Positions 1 through 9,820 of a stretch of DNA of 64,000 nucleotides are shown in pieces. Below the pieces are notes generated by a model, which was not told the DNA's origin, searched no databases, and was given only the letters and a program-made list of their open reading frames with translations. Origin of the DNA: Candidatus Omnitrophota bacterium (lineage in GTDB: Bacteria; Omnitrophota; Gorgyraeia; Duberdicusellales; 4484-171); NCBI GenBank assembly GCA_016935525.1, contig JAFGQU010000013.1, positions 26,523 through 90,522 of the forward strand, read 5' to 3'. Made by a program: the position numbers and the translations under genes. Each line of letters begins with the position of its first letter. The stretch's first letter is position 1.

Positions 1-451
1 TGCCGCCCGGTTCTATTATATCAGCCGGCGTAATTCGTCGCCGCTTGATTTTGATATTGATCTGGCCCGGCAGATATCGTTTGATAATCCCTTGTATTAC
101 GTCCAGTACGCGCATGCCCGGATATGCAGTATATTCGAAAAAGCCGGGGATATGAAGACCGACCTTGCCGGGAGCGCCGCATTGGCCGATGAAGAAGAAT
201 ACCTTCTGTTAAGAAAATTATTTCAATTTACCTATTGTCTCGATAAGATCTATTACAGTTGGGAACCGGTATTTTTGATCGAATTCCTTAAAACCGCCGC
301 GACCGCGTTCCATAAATTTTATGAACAGAAAAAAGTGCTGGACGAAGATCCCCACATAAGACAAGCCCGGTTGAACCTCTTGAGGGCGACCCGGATCACC
401 CTTGCCTGTGGTTTAAAATTGTTAGGTATTACTCCTTTAGAGAAAATGTGA
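1..451 (+). CDS. argS: Arginyl-tRNA synthetase, C-terminal anticodon-binding part (5' truncated by window)
   Basis: Frame 2 reads ARFYY...LDFDIDLA...NPLYYVQYAHARICSI...FHKFY...ARLNL...GLKLLGITPLEKM, the typical ArgRS DALR domain. Confidence 0.95.
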   Translation, partial: AARFYYISRRNSSPLDFDIDLARQISFDNPLYYVQYAHARICSIFEKAGDMKTDLAGSAALADEEEYLLLRKLFQFTYCLDKIYYSWEPVFLIEFLKTAATAFHKFYEQKKVLDEDPHIRQARLNLLRATRITLACGLKLLGITPLEKM

Positions 452-2112
452 TGAGAACCGAATGGCTGCTTGCCGACCTTAATCCCGATGCCGTTGAATT
501 AGGCGAGGTGTACGGTCTTAATCCGTTGATCGTCCACCTTTTACTTGCCCGCGGGATACCTCAAAAGGAGTTCCTCTCGTTTCTTAATCCTTCGCTCGGC
601 GACCTCTATTCTCCTCATCGTCTGCCGGATATGGAAAAGGCTCTCGGCCGCATACGCAGTGCGATCGAGAAAAAAGAAGATATCCTGCTGTTCGGTGATT
701 ATGATGTCGATGGGATCACCTCGGTCATCATTCTTAACGAATATCTTAAAACTACTCCCTGTAAAGTGCATTTCTATATTCCGCACCGGGTCGAGGAAGG
801 GTATGGGTTGAACACCGCGGCGATCGATGAAGCACGCCGGAAGAATTGTCCGCTTTTGATCGCGGTAGATTGCGGGACTAATTCGTATGAAGAGATCGAA
901 TATGCCCGTTCGTTCGGTATCGATGTGATCGTCCTTGACCACCATACTCCCAAGAAAGGCCTGAACACGCCGTACGCGTTTATCAACCCTAAACGCGAAG
1001 AGAGCGATTATCCTTTTGGCGAACTCTCTTCCGGCGGGATCGTATTTAAATTCGTCCAGGCCCTGAGCGGACGTGATTGTTTCGAACTTCTGGATCTGGT
1101 CGCGCTTTCGGTCGTCTGTGATGTCGCGCCCCTGCGCGGAGAGAACCGGATATTCCTTGTCGAGGGGTTAAAACAACTGAGAGATCCCCAGAGGCTCGCG
1201 CTGAAAGTGTTATGTGAGACCACCAAAATAAAGCCGGCCAATATCCAGCCGTATCATCTGGGATATATCCTCGGGCCGCGGATCAACGCCTGCGGCCGGA
1301 TAGCGTCGGCAAAAGAAGTGTTAGACCTGTTTTTATCGGACGAGTACGATACCGTCCGTGAAGTCGCCCAAAAGATGAACGAGTATAATACTGCCCGGCG
1401 TAGTATCGAAAGCGCGATCTATAAAGAGGCGGAACTGCTCGTCGAGAAAGAGTATAAAGACGATACGGTACTGGTGTTATCGAAAGAGGGGTGGCATCAG
1501 GGGGTGTTGGGGATCGTCGCGTCCCGGCTTGCCGATAAATATTCCCGTCCGGCGTTTTTGATCGGATGTGACGAGAAGAAAGGGAAAGGGTCGGCCCGGT
1601 CGGTTGCCGGCGTGCATATCATGGACGCGTTAGGCGAATGTCAGGATTATCTTGCGACGTATGGCGGACATAAAAAAGCCGCCGGGATCGAGATCTTAGA
1701 AGAAAATATCGAGGCGTTCCGGGTAAAGATCAACGCGGTAGTCAAAGACACGTTTTCCCAAAAGCAGCCGGCAACCCGATTAACGGTCGATGTACAACTT
1801 GATTTTAAAGATATTACGCTTGGATTTGTCGACGATATAGAACGGTTAAGCCCGTTTGGCGAAGAAAACCGGGCTCCCTTATTTTTGAGTAAAGGTATCT
1901 TACCTAAAACTTCCCCCCAGAAGTTACGGTATACCATGTATTCGGTATGGCTTACCGACGGGTCGTGCACCTATGAGGCGATCTTTTATGAACGTAACGG
2001 GTTTTTCGACCTGATCAATTACGGTAAACCGCTGGATGTGGTATACAGTCTCGAAAGAAATTATTATCACAATAGTGTACGGTTGGTATTAAAAGATGTG
2101 CGGTTAGCCTGA
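448..2112 (+). CDS. recJ: Single-stranded DNA-specific exonuclease RecJ
   Basis: DHH family motifs GDYDVDG, VDCG, LDHH, DVAPL.GENR, GPRINACGR, GSARS, GGHKKAAG. Confidence 0.95.
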   Translation: MMRTEWLLADLNPDAVELGEVYGLNPLIVHLLLARGIPQKEFLSFLNPSLGDLYSPHRLPDMEKALGRIRSAIEKKEDILLFGDYDVDGITSVIILNEYLKTTPCKVHFYIPHRVEEGYGLNTAAIDEARRKNCPLLIAVDCGTNSYEEIEYARSFGIDVIVLDHHTPKKGLNTPYAFINPKREESDYPFGELSSGGIVFKFVQALSGRDCFELLDLVALSVVCDVAPLRGENRIFLVEGLKQLRDPQRLALKVLCETTKIKPANIQPYHLGYILGPRINACGRIASAKEVLDLFLSDEYDTVREVAQKMNEYNTARRSIESAIYKEAELLVEKEYKDDTVLVLSKEGWHQGVLGIVASRLADKYSRPAFLIGCDEKKGKGSARSVAGVHIMDALGECQDYLATYGGHKKAAGIEILEENIEAFRVKINAVVKDTFSQKQPATRLTVDVQLDFKDITLGFVDDIERLSPFGEENRAPLFLSKGILPKTSPQKLRYTMYSVWLTDGSCTYEAIFYERNGFFDLINYGKPLDVVYSLERNYYHNSVRLVLKDVRLA

Positions 2113-2343
2113 ATAAGCCGGTACGTTTACTTTACCGCTTTTAAGGCATTTAGTGCAGATAAGGGCTTTTTTGATCTTACCGTTTACGAGGATGCGTTTA
2201 TTCTGCAGGTTAGGCAAAAACCGCCGTTTGGTGATCCCGGTCGTTTTCTTACCGACACCACCTTTCTTTTTTGCCATACCGCGGCGAGTGATCGAATTAC
2301 CGGTCATCGCGGTTTTTCCGCAGATCGCGCATTTACGTGCCAT
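2104..2343 (-). CDS. rpmB: 50S ribosomal protein L28
   Basis: MARKCAICGK...GNSI...TKRRFLPNLQ...ICTKCLKSGKV; start taken at ATG 2343 rather than the longer ORF start. Confidence 0.93.
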   Translation of the reverse strand: MARKCAICGKTAMTGNSITRRGMAKKKGGVGKKTTGITKRRFLPNLQNKRILVNGKIKKALICTKCLKSGKVNVPAYSG

Positions 2344-2350
2344 AGGCAGT

Positions 2351-2379
2351 AATATACTTATGTATGGATTATCTGTCAA
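2351..2379 (-). promoter_or_regulatory. sigma70-type promoter of rpmB (apparently leaderless)
   Basis: Minus strand TTGACA-17 bp-TATATT, then 7 nt to the ATG. Confidence 0.7.
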
Positions 2380-2519
2380 GCTTTTTTTAGAAAGGGATTA
2401 CGGTGATTATATGTACATGTGAGTACAGTGATGAGAGAGGAATAAGGGGAGATCGTGGTAATATATGCCGTTATCACCGTAATCAAATTGCGGCATTTTG
2501 CCGCAATTACATAAACTAT

Positions 2520-2548
2520 TTGACACAGAGACGCCAACCATTTAAAAT
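2520..2548 (+). promoter_or_regulatory. sigma70-type promoter upstream of the PagL-like gene
   Basis: TTGACA(2520-2525)-17 bp-TAAAAT(2543-2548). Confidence 0.65.
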
Positions 2549-2600
2549 TAGTTCTAACTTATATAAAATTATCTTTGGTCTGTAACCGAAGAAGGGGATA

Positions 2601-3158
2601 ATGAGAAAAAGGTTAATTTTATTGGTGTCTTGTTCGTTCTTTGTCTTTCATCTGGCGGGTTTTTCTTTAACCGGTATCGAATATTTTACCGGATGGGTCA
2701 ACGGAAAGGTCAAAGAGAAAGGCTCATTTAACGGGATGCCGGTTTCGGTCGCGTTTAATTTCGATTCGCGCCCGGTACAGGAAAAACTCTCTCTTGACCT
2801 GAAAGGGCAATTGGATTTCGTGGTCGAACCGGGTATTACGGCAGTGTTTGACCCGGCGGCCGAGGCGGAGGTTTTTACTAATTTTCTTATCAAATATACA
2901 TTCCCGGTCGATTGGCGCCTGAAACCTTACCTGAAAGCCGGTGCCGGGCTGATCTACATGACCCTGAACTCGCGGGAACAGGGGACTCAGTTCAATTTTA
3001 CGCCGCAGATAGGGGTGGGGGCTCATTGGTGTATCAATGAGAAGAAAGCATTGACCCTGGAATACCGGTTCCGGCATCTATCGAATGCTGCTGCGAGAAA
3101 ACCGAATAAAGGGATCGATGTCGATATGATGCTTGTAGGTGTTTCCAATTTCTTTTAA
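2601..3158 (+). CDS. Outer-membrane beta-barrel acyloxyacyl hydrolase / lipid A 3-O-deacylase (PagL-like)
   Basis: Signal peptide, amphipathic beta-strands, YRFRHLSNA...PNKGID catalytic H-x-S-N motif, C-terminal Phe. Confidence 0.8.
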   Translation: MRKRLILLVSCSFFVFHLAGFSLTGIEYFTGWVNGKVKEKGSFNGMPVSVAFNFDSRPVQEKLSLDLKGQLDFVVEPGITAVFDPAAEAEVFTNFLIKYTFPVDWRLKPYLKAGAGLIYMTLNSREQGTQFNFTPQIGVGAHWCINEKKALTLEYRFRHLSNAAARKPNKGIDVDMMLVGVSNFF

Positions 3159-3182
3159 CGGAAAGCCGAAAAAAACTATCCC

Positions 3183-3641
3183 ATGTTAAGAAAAGCTACG
3201 CTTAAAGACGCTAAAAAAATACAAAAATTGATCCATTTCTGGGCGAAAAAAGGACGAGTCCTTAACCGTCCGCTTAATTATATTTACGAAAATATCCGCG
3301 ATTTCTGGATATACCAGGAGAACCGTAAAGTCCTGGGTGTATGCGCTCTCCATGTAGTGGGATGGGACGATCTGGCTGAGGTCAAATCACTGGTAGTCGA
3401 TGAAGGTGCGCATAAACGGGGAGTAGGGAGAAAACTCGTTGCGGCCTGTATAAAAGAAGCCGCGCAGTTAGGCGTAAAGAACCTGTTCGCATTGACCTAT
3501 GTCGAGGTTTTTTTTAAAAAGATGGGGTTTAAGAAGATCTCTAAAAGTAAACTGCCGCATAAGATCTGGAATGAATGTATTAATTGTGTCGATTTTCCTA
3601 ATCAATGCTCGGAAATAGCGTTGCTATTGAAGATTAAATGA
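3183..3641 (+). CDS. GNAT N-acetyltransferase, short ArgA (N-acetylglutamate synthase)-like
   Basis: LAEVKSLVV...GVGRKLV...LFALTY...FFKKMGF...LPHKIWNECINC. Confidence 0.75.
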   Translation: MLRKATLKDAKKIQKLIHFWAKKGRVLNRPLNYIYENIRDFWIYQENRKVLGVCALHVVGWDDLAEVKSLVVDEGAHKRGVGRKLVAACIKEAAQLGVKNLFALTYVEVFFKKMGFKKISKSKLPHKIWNECINCVDFPNQCSEIALLLKIK

Positions 3642-3778
3642 GCACATGACTTATGGAGCGCAAGCGCTCATAAGTCATAGGTGCGAATTTAACCCTTGAC
3701 AATTTTACGTAAAATCGTCAAGGGTCAATGCGACTACAACCTTTTTTATTCGCTTCGCTCACTAAAAAAGATTAAGTC
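3642..3778. repeat. Three consecutive long hairpins (REP-like structured intergenic element)
   Basis: ATGACTTATG..CATAAGTCAT, ACCCTTGAC..GTCAAGGGT and CTTTTTTA-TTCGCTTCGCTCAC-TAAAAAAG inverted repeats. Confidence 0.6.
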
Positions 3779-3798
3779 TTATTGAAAGGAGGACTTCA

Positions 3799-4959
3799 AT
3801 GCTTGTAGATTACGGTTTTACCGAAGAACAGAAAATGTTACGAGACCTATGCCGTCAGATCGCTGAAGAAAAGATCCGGCCGGTTTCACGCGAGCTCGAT
3901 GAAAAAGAAGAGTTCCCCTGGGATATCATCAAAGTGATGGCTCAGTCTGATCTGTTCGCGTTGTGTATTCCGGAGGCGTACGGCGGGATAGGCGGAAACC
4001 TTATGGACTTGGTGATCGCGACCGAAGAAATATCCCGGGTCGACGGCGGAGTCGCTACCTGTTATGCCGCGTCCTATTTGGGGATGTTCCCGATATTACT
4101 GTACGGGACCGAAGAACAAAAGAAAAAATATTTACCGGATATCGCCTCAGGTAAAAAACTCGCGGCATTCGGATTGACCGAACCGGAAGCCGGTTCTGAC
4201 GCGTCCGCGGTCAAGACGAGCGCGAAAAAACAAGGCGACAAATATATATTGAACGGAACGAAACATTTTATCACTAACGGCGGGGATGCCGAGGTATATA
4301 CGATCATTGCCGTGACGAATAAAGCTAAGGGCCCGCGGGGGATTTCGGCGTTTATTCTGGAAAAAGGGCAGGACGGGTTTACGTTCGGAAAAAAAGAGGA
4401 AAAACTGGGGATACGAGCGTCTTCGACCGGCGAACTTGTTTTTAATGACGTGGAAGTATCAAAAGATAACCTGTTAGGCGGTAAAGAAGGGCTGGGGTTT
4501 ATCGCGACGATGAAGACATTTGACCAGTCACGTCCCGGTGTCGCCGCACAAGCTGTCGGGATCGCGCAAGGGGCTCTGGAACTTGCGACCGCGTACGCTC
4601 ATACCCGGATACAGTTCGGTAAACCGATCACGTCGTTTCAGGGGATCCAGTGGATGCTCGCCGATATGGCGACAAAAGTCGAAGCCGCCCGCAGTCTGGT
4701 ATATGCTGCCGCGGCAATGGTCGATCGCGGGGTAAAAGATGTCGGCGGGGCAAGCGCGATGGCTAAGTTGTATGCGTCCGATATCGCCATGGAAGTCACG
4801 ACCGATGCCGTCCAGATCTACGGCGGGTACGGGTATATGCGTGACTATCCGGTTGAAAAGTTCATGCGTGACGCGAAGATCACTCAGATCTATGAAGGGA
4901 CTAACCAGATCCAGAAAAACATTATCGCTCTGAATCTCATCAAGAAATACACGAAATAA
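3799..4959 (+). CDS. Acyl-CoA dehydrogenase (butyryl-CoA dehydrogenase-like)
   Basis: AFGLTEPEAGSD, GTKHFITNG, KLGIRAS, RIQFGKPI, QIYGGYGY, IYEGTNQIQ; strong RBS AAGGAGG. Confidence 0.93.
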   Translation: MLVDYGFTEEQKMLRDLCRQIAEEKIRPVSRELDEKEEFPWDIIKVMAQSDLFALCIPEAYGGIGGNLMDLVIATEEISRVDGGVATCYAASYLGMFPILLYGTEEQKKKYLPDIASGKKLAAFGLTEPEAGSDASAVKTSAKKQGDKYILNGTKHFITNGGDAEVYTIIAVTNKAKGPRGISAFILEKGQDGFTFGKKEEKLGIRASSTGELVFNDVEVSKDNLLGGKEGLGFIATMKTFDQSRPGVAAQAVGIAQGALELATAYAHTRIQFGKPITSFQGIQWMLADMATKVEAARSLVYAAAAMVDRGVKDVGGASAMAKLYASDIAMEVTTDAVQIYGGYGYMRDYPVEKFMRDAKITQIYEGTNQIQKNIIALNLIKKYTK

Positions 4960-4984
4960 CAAACGATTATTTTGTATAGATGAT

Positions 4985-5018
4985 AAAAACCCTGGGGAAT
5001 CCCGGGGTTTTTGTTTTT
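4985..5018 (+). terminator. Rho-independent terminator after acyl-CoA dehydrogenase
   Basis: AAAAACCCTGGG-GAAT-CCCGGGGTTTTT stem followed by a T-rich tract. Confidence 0.75.
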
Positions 5019-5076
5019 AGAATGTCCGCAGAACTGTTCCTTTTTCTTGAATCACCGCAATCTTTTTTAATTTCTA

Positions 5077-5203
5077 CGCAGACCCCCCCGAGCTTCAGAC
5101 CGGGATGAATACGAGAAATTATCCGCCTCAGTGCGGATGTCCCGCCGAACGAAGTTTGGCGGAACGTGAAAAAACCTCGGGCTTTTAGCCCGAGGAGATT
5201 CAC
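5077..5203 (+). mobile_element. Non-autonomous IS200/IS605-like palindromic mini-element
   Basis: Left imperfect hairpin CCCCCGAGCTTCAGACCGGGATGAA, right perfect hairpin CCTCGGGC-TTTTA-GCCCGAGG ending ATTCAC, two internal hairpins, no ORF. Confidence 0.5.
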
Positions 5204-5257
5204 TCACTGGGATCAGGCGCCGGTGCGTTTGCGCGACAGCGCCAAACAAGAGGTTGC

Positions 5258-5286
5258 TTGACAAAAAAACGATTGTAGTATACATT
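5258..5286 (+). promoter_or_regulatory. sigma70-type promoter of aroK-dprA
   Basis: TTGACA(5258-5263)-17 bp-TACATT(5281-5286), 8 nt before the ATG. Confidence 0.6.
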
Positions 5287-5294
5287 TTGAAGTA

Positions 5295-5813
5295 ATGAAT
5301 AAAATAGATAAAAATATATATCTTATAGGATTTATGGGTACGGGAAAGACTACCGTTGCCAAAATCCTTGCCGATGACCTTGGCCGTGAGTTTCGGGAGA
5401 CCGACGAAGAGATCGAGAAATCGGAGCAGAAAAAGATAAAAGATATCTTTGCCGAACACGGCGAGAAGTATTTCCGTCAAAAAGAAAAAGCGGTGCTTAA
5501 AAGGTTGTCTGGCGAGCGAGGGCTCATCGTCAGTTGCGGGGGCGGTGTCGTGATCGACCCGGAGAACCGCGATCTGCTTAAAGTTACGGGGACAGTGGTC
5601 TGTCTTACGGCAAGCCCCGAAACTATTTATCAACGGACAAAAGGGCTGGACGATAGGCCGCTTTTAAATGTTTCCGATCCTTTGGGAAAGATCAAAGAAC
5701 TGCTTGTTTCCCGGGATGAGTATTATCGGGAAACCGGTCATCTTATTATCGATACCGATTCGTTGAACCCGAAAGACGTGGCGGTGAGGATCAAAGAGGG
5801 CATACCTGAATGA
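5295..5813 (+). CDS. aroK: Shikimate kinase
   Basis: LIGFMGTGKTT P-loop, GE.YFR..E, SCGGG, RPLL. Confidence 0.93.
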   Translation: MNKIDKNIYLIGFMGTGKTTVAKILADDLGREFRETDEEIEKSEQKKIKDIFAEHGEKYFRQKEKAVLKRLSGERGLIVSCGGGVVIDPENRDLLKVTGTVVCLTASPETIYQRTKGLDDRPLLNVSDPLGKIKELLVSRDEYYRETGHLIIDTDSLNPKDVAVRIKEGIPE

Positions 5814-6871
5814 AAGAGTTAGCTATTCTTTTCAATAAAGCCGGTGTTTCGTTTACGAAGTTTCAGGAGGTTGCCGCCGGGAATAGAGACCTCCTACGTA
5901 CGGTTCAAGACAAAGATGCTTGGGGTGAATTCCCTTTCCTTACCGAAAAAGAGCGTGAACGTCTAAAAGGTCTACAAAGACAGGATTTCGTAAAAAACGA
6001 ATTACAGCGGGCCCAAGAATCGAACGTACAGATCATCGATTTTTATTCTGAAGAATACCCTCAATTATTACGGGAAATCCCGCATCCGCCGGTCGTCCTT
6101 TATGTGCAGGGTTCGCCGGCGGTGATTTCGAAACTGTGTATCGGGATCGTGGGGACGAGGTTACCTACGTTTTACGGGATAGAGATGGCCAAGAAATTTT
6201 CTTACGCTCTGGCGTCGTTAGGATTAATTGTTGTTTCGGGGCTTGCCCGGGGTATCGATACTGCCGCGCATCTGGGGGCGCTTGCCGGCGGGGATACTAT
6301 TGCGGTACTGGGGTGCGGATTGAACTATCGGTATCCTAAAGAGAATGAGAGTCTTGCCGCGCGTATTTCTGAACGGGGTGCGGTGATTTCCGAATTTGCT
6401 CTTGAAGAAAGGCCCCGCCGGGAATATTTTCCCCGGCGTAACCGTATTATCAGCGGTGTGTCACGCGGTGTGCTTGTGGTCCAGGCGGCCGACCGAAGCG
6501 GGGCGTTGATCACCGCCCGGTACGCGCTGGAACAGAACCGGGAAGTATTTGCTCTGCCGGGGGATGTGAATTCTTCAAAAAGCCGGGGAACCAATAAGCT
6601 TATTAAACAAGGCGCGAAACTTGTCGATTCAGTAGAAGATATATTACAAGAGTTACCTTATGATTTTTCCCGGCCGGGAAATGCCTTATCGTTATCCGAT
6701 GAAGAGAAAGGCGTGTTTGATATCATCACCGAAGGAGGTATCAGTCTTGAGGAGATGCTCTTGCGGTATCAACTCAAACGCGATATTATCAATAAAGTAG
6801 TGTTATCGTTACAGATAAAAGGGCTGATCAAAGAGGCTAAACCTTTATATTATGTAAAAGCACAACTTTAA
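5810..6871 (+). CDS. dprA: DNA-processing protein DprA (Smf)
   Basis: YP..L.EI..PP..LY, IVGTR, VSGLARGIDTAAH, FPRRNRIISG, SGALITA; conserved dprA-topA synteny. Confidence 0.95.
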   Translation: MKELAILFNKAGVSFTKFQEVAAGNRDLLRTVQDKDAWGEFPFLTEKERERLKGLQRQDFVKNELQRAQESNVQIIDFYSEEYPQLLREIPHPPVVLYVQGSPAVISKLCIGIVGTRLPTFYGIEMAKKFSYALASLGLIVVSGLARGIDTAAHLGALAGGDTIAVLGCGLNYRYPKENESLAARISERGAVISEFALEERPRREYFPRRNRIISGVSRGVLVVQAADRSGALITARYALEQNREVFALPGDVNSSKSRGTNKLIKQGAKLVDSVEDILQELPYDFSRPGNALSLSDEEKGVFDIITEGGISLEEMLLRYQLKRDIINKVVLSLQIKGLIKEAKPLYYVKAQL

Positions 6872-6891
6872 GGGGATATGGCAATAAACCA

Positions 6892-6969
6892 GTCGATAGT
6901 CGACGGTCTATGGTCGATAGTATAGAAAAATAAAAACTAAATGCCAAAGACTAACGACCAACGACTCTA
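6892..6969. repeat. Inverted heptamer array (GTCGATA-type units / GACYAAC-type units)
   Basis: gtcgata gtcgacg gtctatg gtcgata ... A-rich loop ... gactaac gaccaac gactcta. Confidence 0.6.
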
Positions 6970-6987
6970 TACGGAGCTTTTAAGAAG

Positions 6988-8940
6988 ATGAGTGATTATT
7001 TAGTCATAGTCGAGTCTCCCACAAAAGTAAAGACGATTTCCAAGATCCTCGGGCCGGAATATGTCGTGCTTTCTTCTATGGGGCATGTCATCGATCTGCC
7101 GCCGAAGTCGCTCGCGGTAGACGTCGAAGACAGTTTTAATCCCCGTTATAAAGTCATTCCCGGAAAGAATAAGGTGCTTTCGTTATTGAAAGCTCAGGCA
7201 AAAGGTAAAAAAACGATCTATGTCGCGACCGACCCGGACCGGGAAGGAGAAGCGATCGGCTGGCATATCCGTAACGAATTGAAAAAAGACGCGAAAAGGT
7301 TTTTAAGAGTGAATTTCCATGAGATCACGCCGGAGGCGGTCAAAGACGCGTTTACCCATCCCCGCGATTTCGATATGAACCTTATTTACGCGCAGACCGC
7401 ACGCAGGGTGCTCGATAGGATCGTGGGATATCTGCTTTCCCCGTTATTATGGAAGAAGATCGTGCGGGGATTGTCCGCCGGACGAGTCCAGTCGGTTGCG
7501 CTTAAGTTCATCGTCGAGAGAGAAGAGGCGATCAACGCGTTTGTCCCTAAAACTACGTACGGGGTCGAAGCGTTACTTTTAAAAGGGACCACTGAATTTA
7601 CCGGCCGCCTGGTAAAATTCAGAAAAGAGAAGCCGCCGTTTGAAGAGAAATCGCACGCTGAGGAAGCTATCGCCTATGCGAGGGGTGAAAAATTCATCGT
7701 CGATAAGATCGAAAAGAAAGAAAGTAAACGAAAACCGCCGCCGCCGTTCATCACTTCCTCACTCCAGCAGGAGGCGTTTTATACATACCGGTTCTCTTCG
7801 CAGAAGACGATGCTTTTGGCTCAGAAACTGTATGAAGGGATCGAGATCGATAACCAGATGGTCGGGTTGATCACCTATATGCGTACCGATTCTTATAACG
7901 TAGCCGACCGGGCAAAAAAGGAAGTGAAAGGATATATCGAAAGTAATCACGGCAGCGAGTATTTGCCCGCCAAAGACTATGTCTATAAAGCCAAGAAAAG
8001 AGCCCAGGAAGCTCATGAAGCGATCCGGCCGACTACGGTCGCGCGTACTCCGAATTCGCTACGGGACTATCTTACCGGCGATCTGTTCAAGTTATACGAA
8101 CTGATCTGGCGCCGGTTTGTCTCTTCGTTTATGGCCGAGACGGTATATGAATCGACAAAAGTGACGATGAGCGTCGGGGAAGCCCAGTTTGCCAGTGACG
8201 GCCGACGGATCGTGTTTGACGGGTTTCAGAAGATATGGGAACGAGAAGAAGAACAACCGTTACCGGAATTTACCGAAGGCGAAGGAGTGCAGCTTAAAAA
8301 GATGGATTTTATCGAACATACCACCAAACCTCCCCCGCATTTTAACGATGCGTCGCTGGTAAAACTGCTTGAAGAAAAAGGTATCGGCCGGCCTTCTACT
8401 TACGCGCCGACTATCGCCACGCTTATCCGCCGTGATTACGTGAGCCGGGAGAAAGGGCATTTTGAACCGACCGAACTGGGCAGTAAAGTCTGTAAACTGT
8501 TACTGGAAAATTTTCCCGATATTATGGATGACCGGTTTACCGCCCAGATGGAAGACAAACTGGATGAGGTGGAAGCCGGCGGTATCGAGTGGAACCGGAT
8601 ATTAAAAGATTTTTATCCGTCATTTAAAGAAGCGGTAGATGAAGCCACCAAAAAAGTCCAGAAAGACGTCGAGTACACCCAGGAAATTTGTCCTCAATGC
8701 GGTAAGCCGCTTGTGGTAAAATGGTCTCGTCGGGGGCGGTTCTTAAGCTGTGCCGGATATCCGGGGTGTAAGTTCGCAAAAAGTATCACTACCGGCATCG
8801 AATGTCCCGGCTGTCATGACGGAGAGTTAATCGAAAGGAGAAATCGCAGAGGACAGCGGTTCTACGGATGTACCGCCTACCCTAAATGCACGTATACTTC
8901 TCGGACGCTTCCCGACCAAAACAATACAGAAGAGCAATGA
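6988..8940 (+). CDS. topA: DNA topoisomerase I
   Basis: [32 protein letters not shown] (catalytic Tyr), [18 protein letters not shown]-terminal C4 zinc ribbons. Confidence 0.97.
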   Translation: MSDYLVIVESPTKVKTISKILGPEYVVLSSMGHVIDLPPKSLAVDVEDSFNPRYKVIPGKNKVLSLLKAQAKGKKTIYVATDPDREGEAIGWHIRNELKKDAKRFLRVNFHEITPEAVKDAFTHPRDFDMNLIYAQTARRVLDRIVGYLLSPLLWKKIVRGLSAGRVQSVALKFIVEREEAINAFVPKTTYGVEALLLKGTTEFTGRLVKFRKEKPPFEEKSHAEEAIAYARGEKFIVDKIEKKESKRKPPPPFITSSLQQEAFYTYRFSSQKTMLLAQKLYEGIEIDNQMVGLITYMRTDSYNVADRAKKEVKGYIESNHGSEYLPAKDYVYKAKKRAQEAHEAIRPTTVARTPNSLRDYLTGDLFKLYELIWRRFVSSFMAETVYESTKVTMSVGEAQFASDGRRIVFDGFQKIWEREEEQPLPEFTEGEGVQLKKMDFIEHTTKPPPHFNDASLVKLLEEKGIGRPSTYAPTIATLIRRDYVSREKGHFEPTELGSKVCKLLLENFPDIMDDRFTAQMEDKLDEVEAGGIEWNRILKDFYPSFKEAVDEATKKVQKDVEYTQEICPQCGKPLVVKWSRRGRFLSCAGYPGCKFAKSITTGIECPGCHDGELIERRNRRGQRFYGCTAYPKCTYTSRTLPDQNNTEEQ

Positions 8941-9818
8941 TACCATTTTCCTATTATCGGGATAAGTTCCTTTCCTGCCTGGAAATCGAGAAGAATTATT
9001 CCCCGCATACCCTTCACAGCTATAAAAAAGATCTGGACGATTTCTCCGGGTTTCTCGAAGAACACTATAAAGGCGAAGATATCAAAAAAATAGATTATTT
9101 TATCCTGAGAAAATTTTTAAGTGTCCTTACTTCTCATCCGCTTAAAAAACGGAGTATTTCCCGCAAGATATCGACATTGAAAAGTTTTTTTAAGTTTCTG
9201 GTAAAGGAAGGCGTGACTAAAAATAACCCTTCGGCAAGCCTTATCTATCCTAAACTGGATAAACCGTTACCGAAATTCCTTACTGAACAGGAAGTCCTCA
9301 CGCTCCTGGGGAGCGTGAAAGAGGATACCCTGCTGGATTTGAGAGATAAGGCGATCCTTGAGTTTTTGTATTCTACCGGCGCCCGGGTCAGTGAAGCCGC
9401 GTCTCTAAAAAAAGAACAGATCGAGTTGATCGGCGGGATCGCGAAAGTAAAAGGGAAGGGCAGGAAAGAGCGGTTGCTCCCTCTGGGTGATCCGGCATTG
9501 GATGCGCTCAGGGCATATTTTAAAGCGCGTACCGATAGTAATCCTTATGCCTTTGTAAATAAAAGAGGCGGCACTTTGAGTGACCGTTCGTTTCGGCTCA
9601 TTGTCGATAAATATATAAAAAAGATCTCATCTTCCATGAAGATATCGCCGCATACGTTTCGTCATTCATTTGCTACCCATCTTTTAAATCGCGGGGCCGA
9701 TTTGCGGTGCGTACAGGAATTGTTAGGCCATTCCAGTATCGCGACGACTCAGGTGTATACTCATCTTACGATCGATACCCTAAAAAAAGTCTATGATAAA
9801 GCTCATCCGCGCGCCTGA
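8937..9818 (+). CDS. xerC: Tyrosine recombinase XerC
   Basis: [43 protein letters not shown]; ATGA overlap with the topA stop. Confidence 0.88.
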   Translation: MIPFSYYRDKFLSCLEIEKNYSPHTLHSYKKDLDDFSGFLEEHYKGEDIKKIDYFILRKFLSVLTSHPLKKRSISRKISTLKSFFKFLVKEGVTKNNPSASLIYPKLDKPLPKFLTEQEVLTLLGSVKEDTLLDLRDKAILEFLYSTGARVSEAASLKKEQIELIGGIAKVKGKGRKERLLPLGDPALDALRAYFKARTDSNPYAFVNKRGGTLSDRSFRLIVDKYIKKISSSMKISPHTFRHSFATHLLNRGADLRCVQELLGHSSIATTQVYTHLTIDTLKKVYDKAHPRA

Positions 9819-9820
9819 TC

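Noticed and set aside
2403-2585. 60-aa ORF between rpmB and the PagL-like gene
   Set aside because: It spans promoter and palindrome sequence, has a weak start and no recognisable protein features
5067-5633. Minus-strand 188-aa ORF and the many other antisense or alternate-frame ORFs in the track
   Set aside because: They shadow well-supported + strand genes and have no recognisable motifs or RBS
8937-9818. Prophage or genomic-island integrase
   Set aside because: Sequence and dprA-topA-xerC synteny match the housekeeping Xer recombinase; no phage genes, att sites or compositional break
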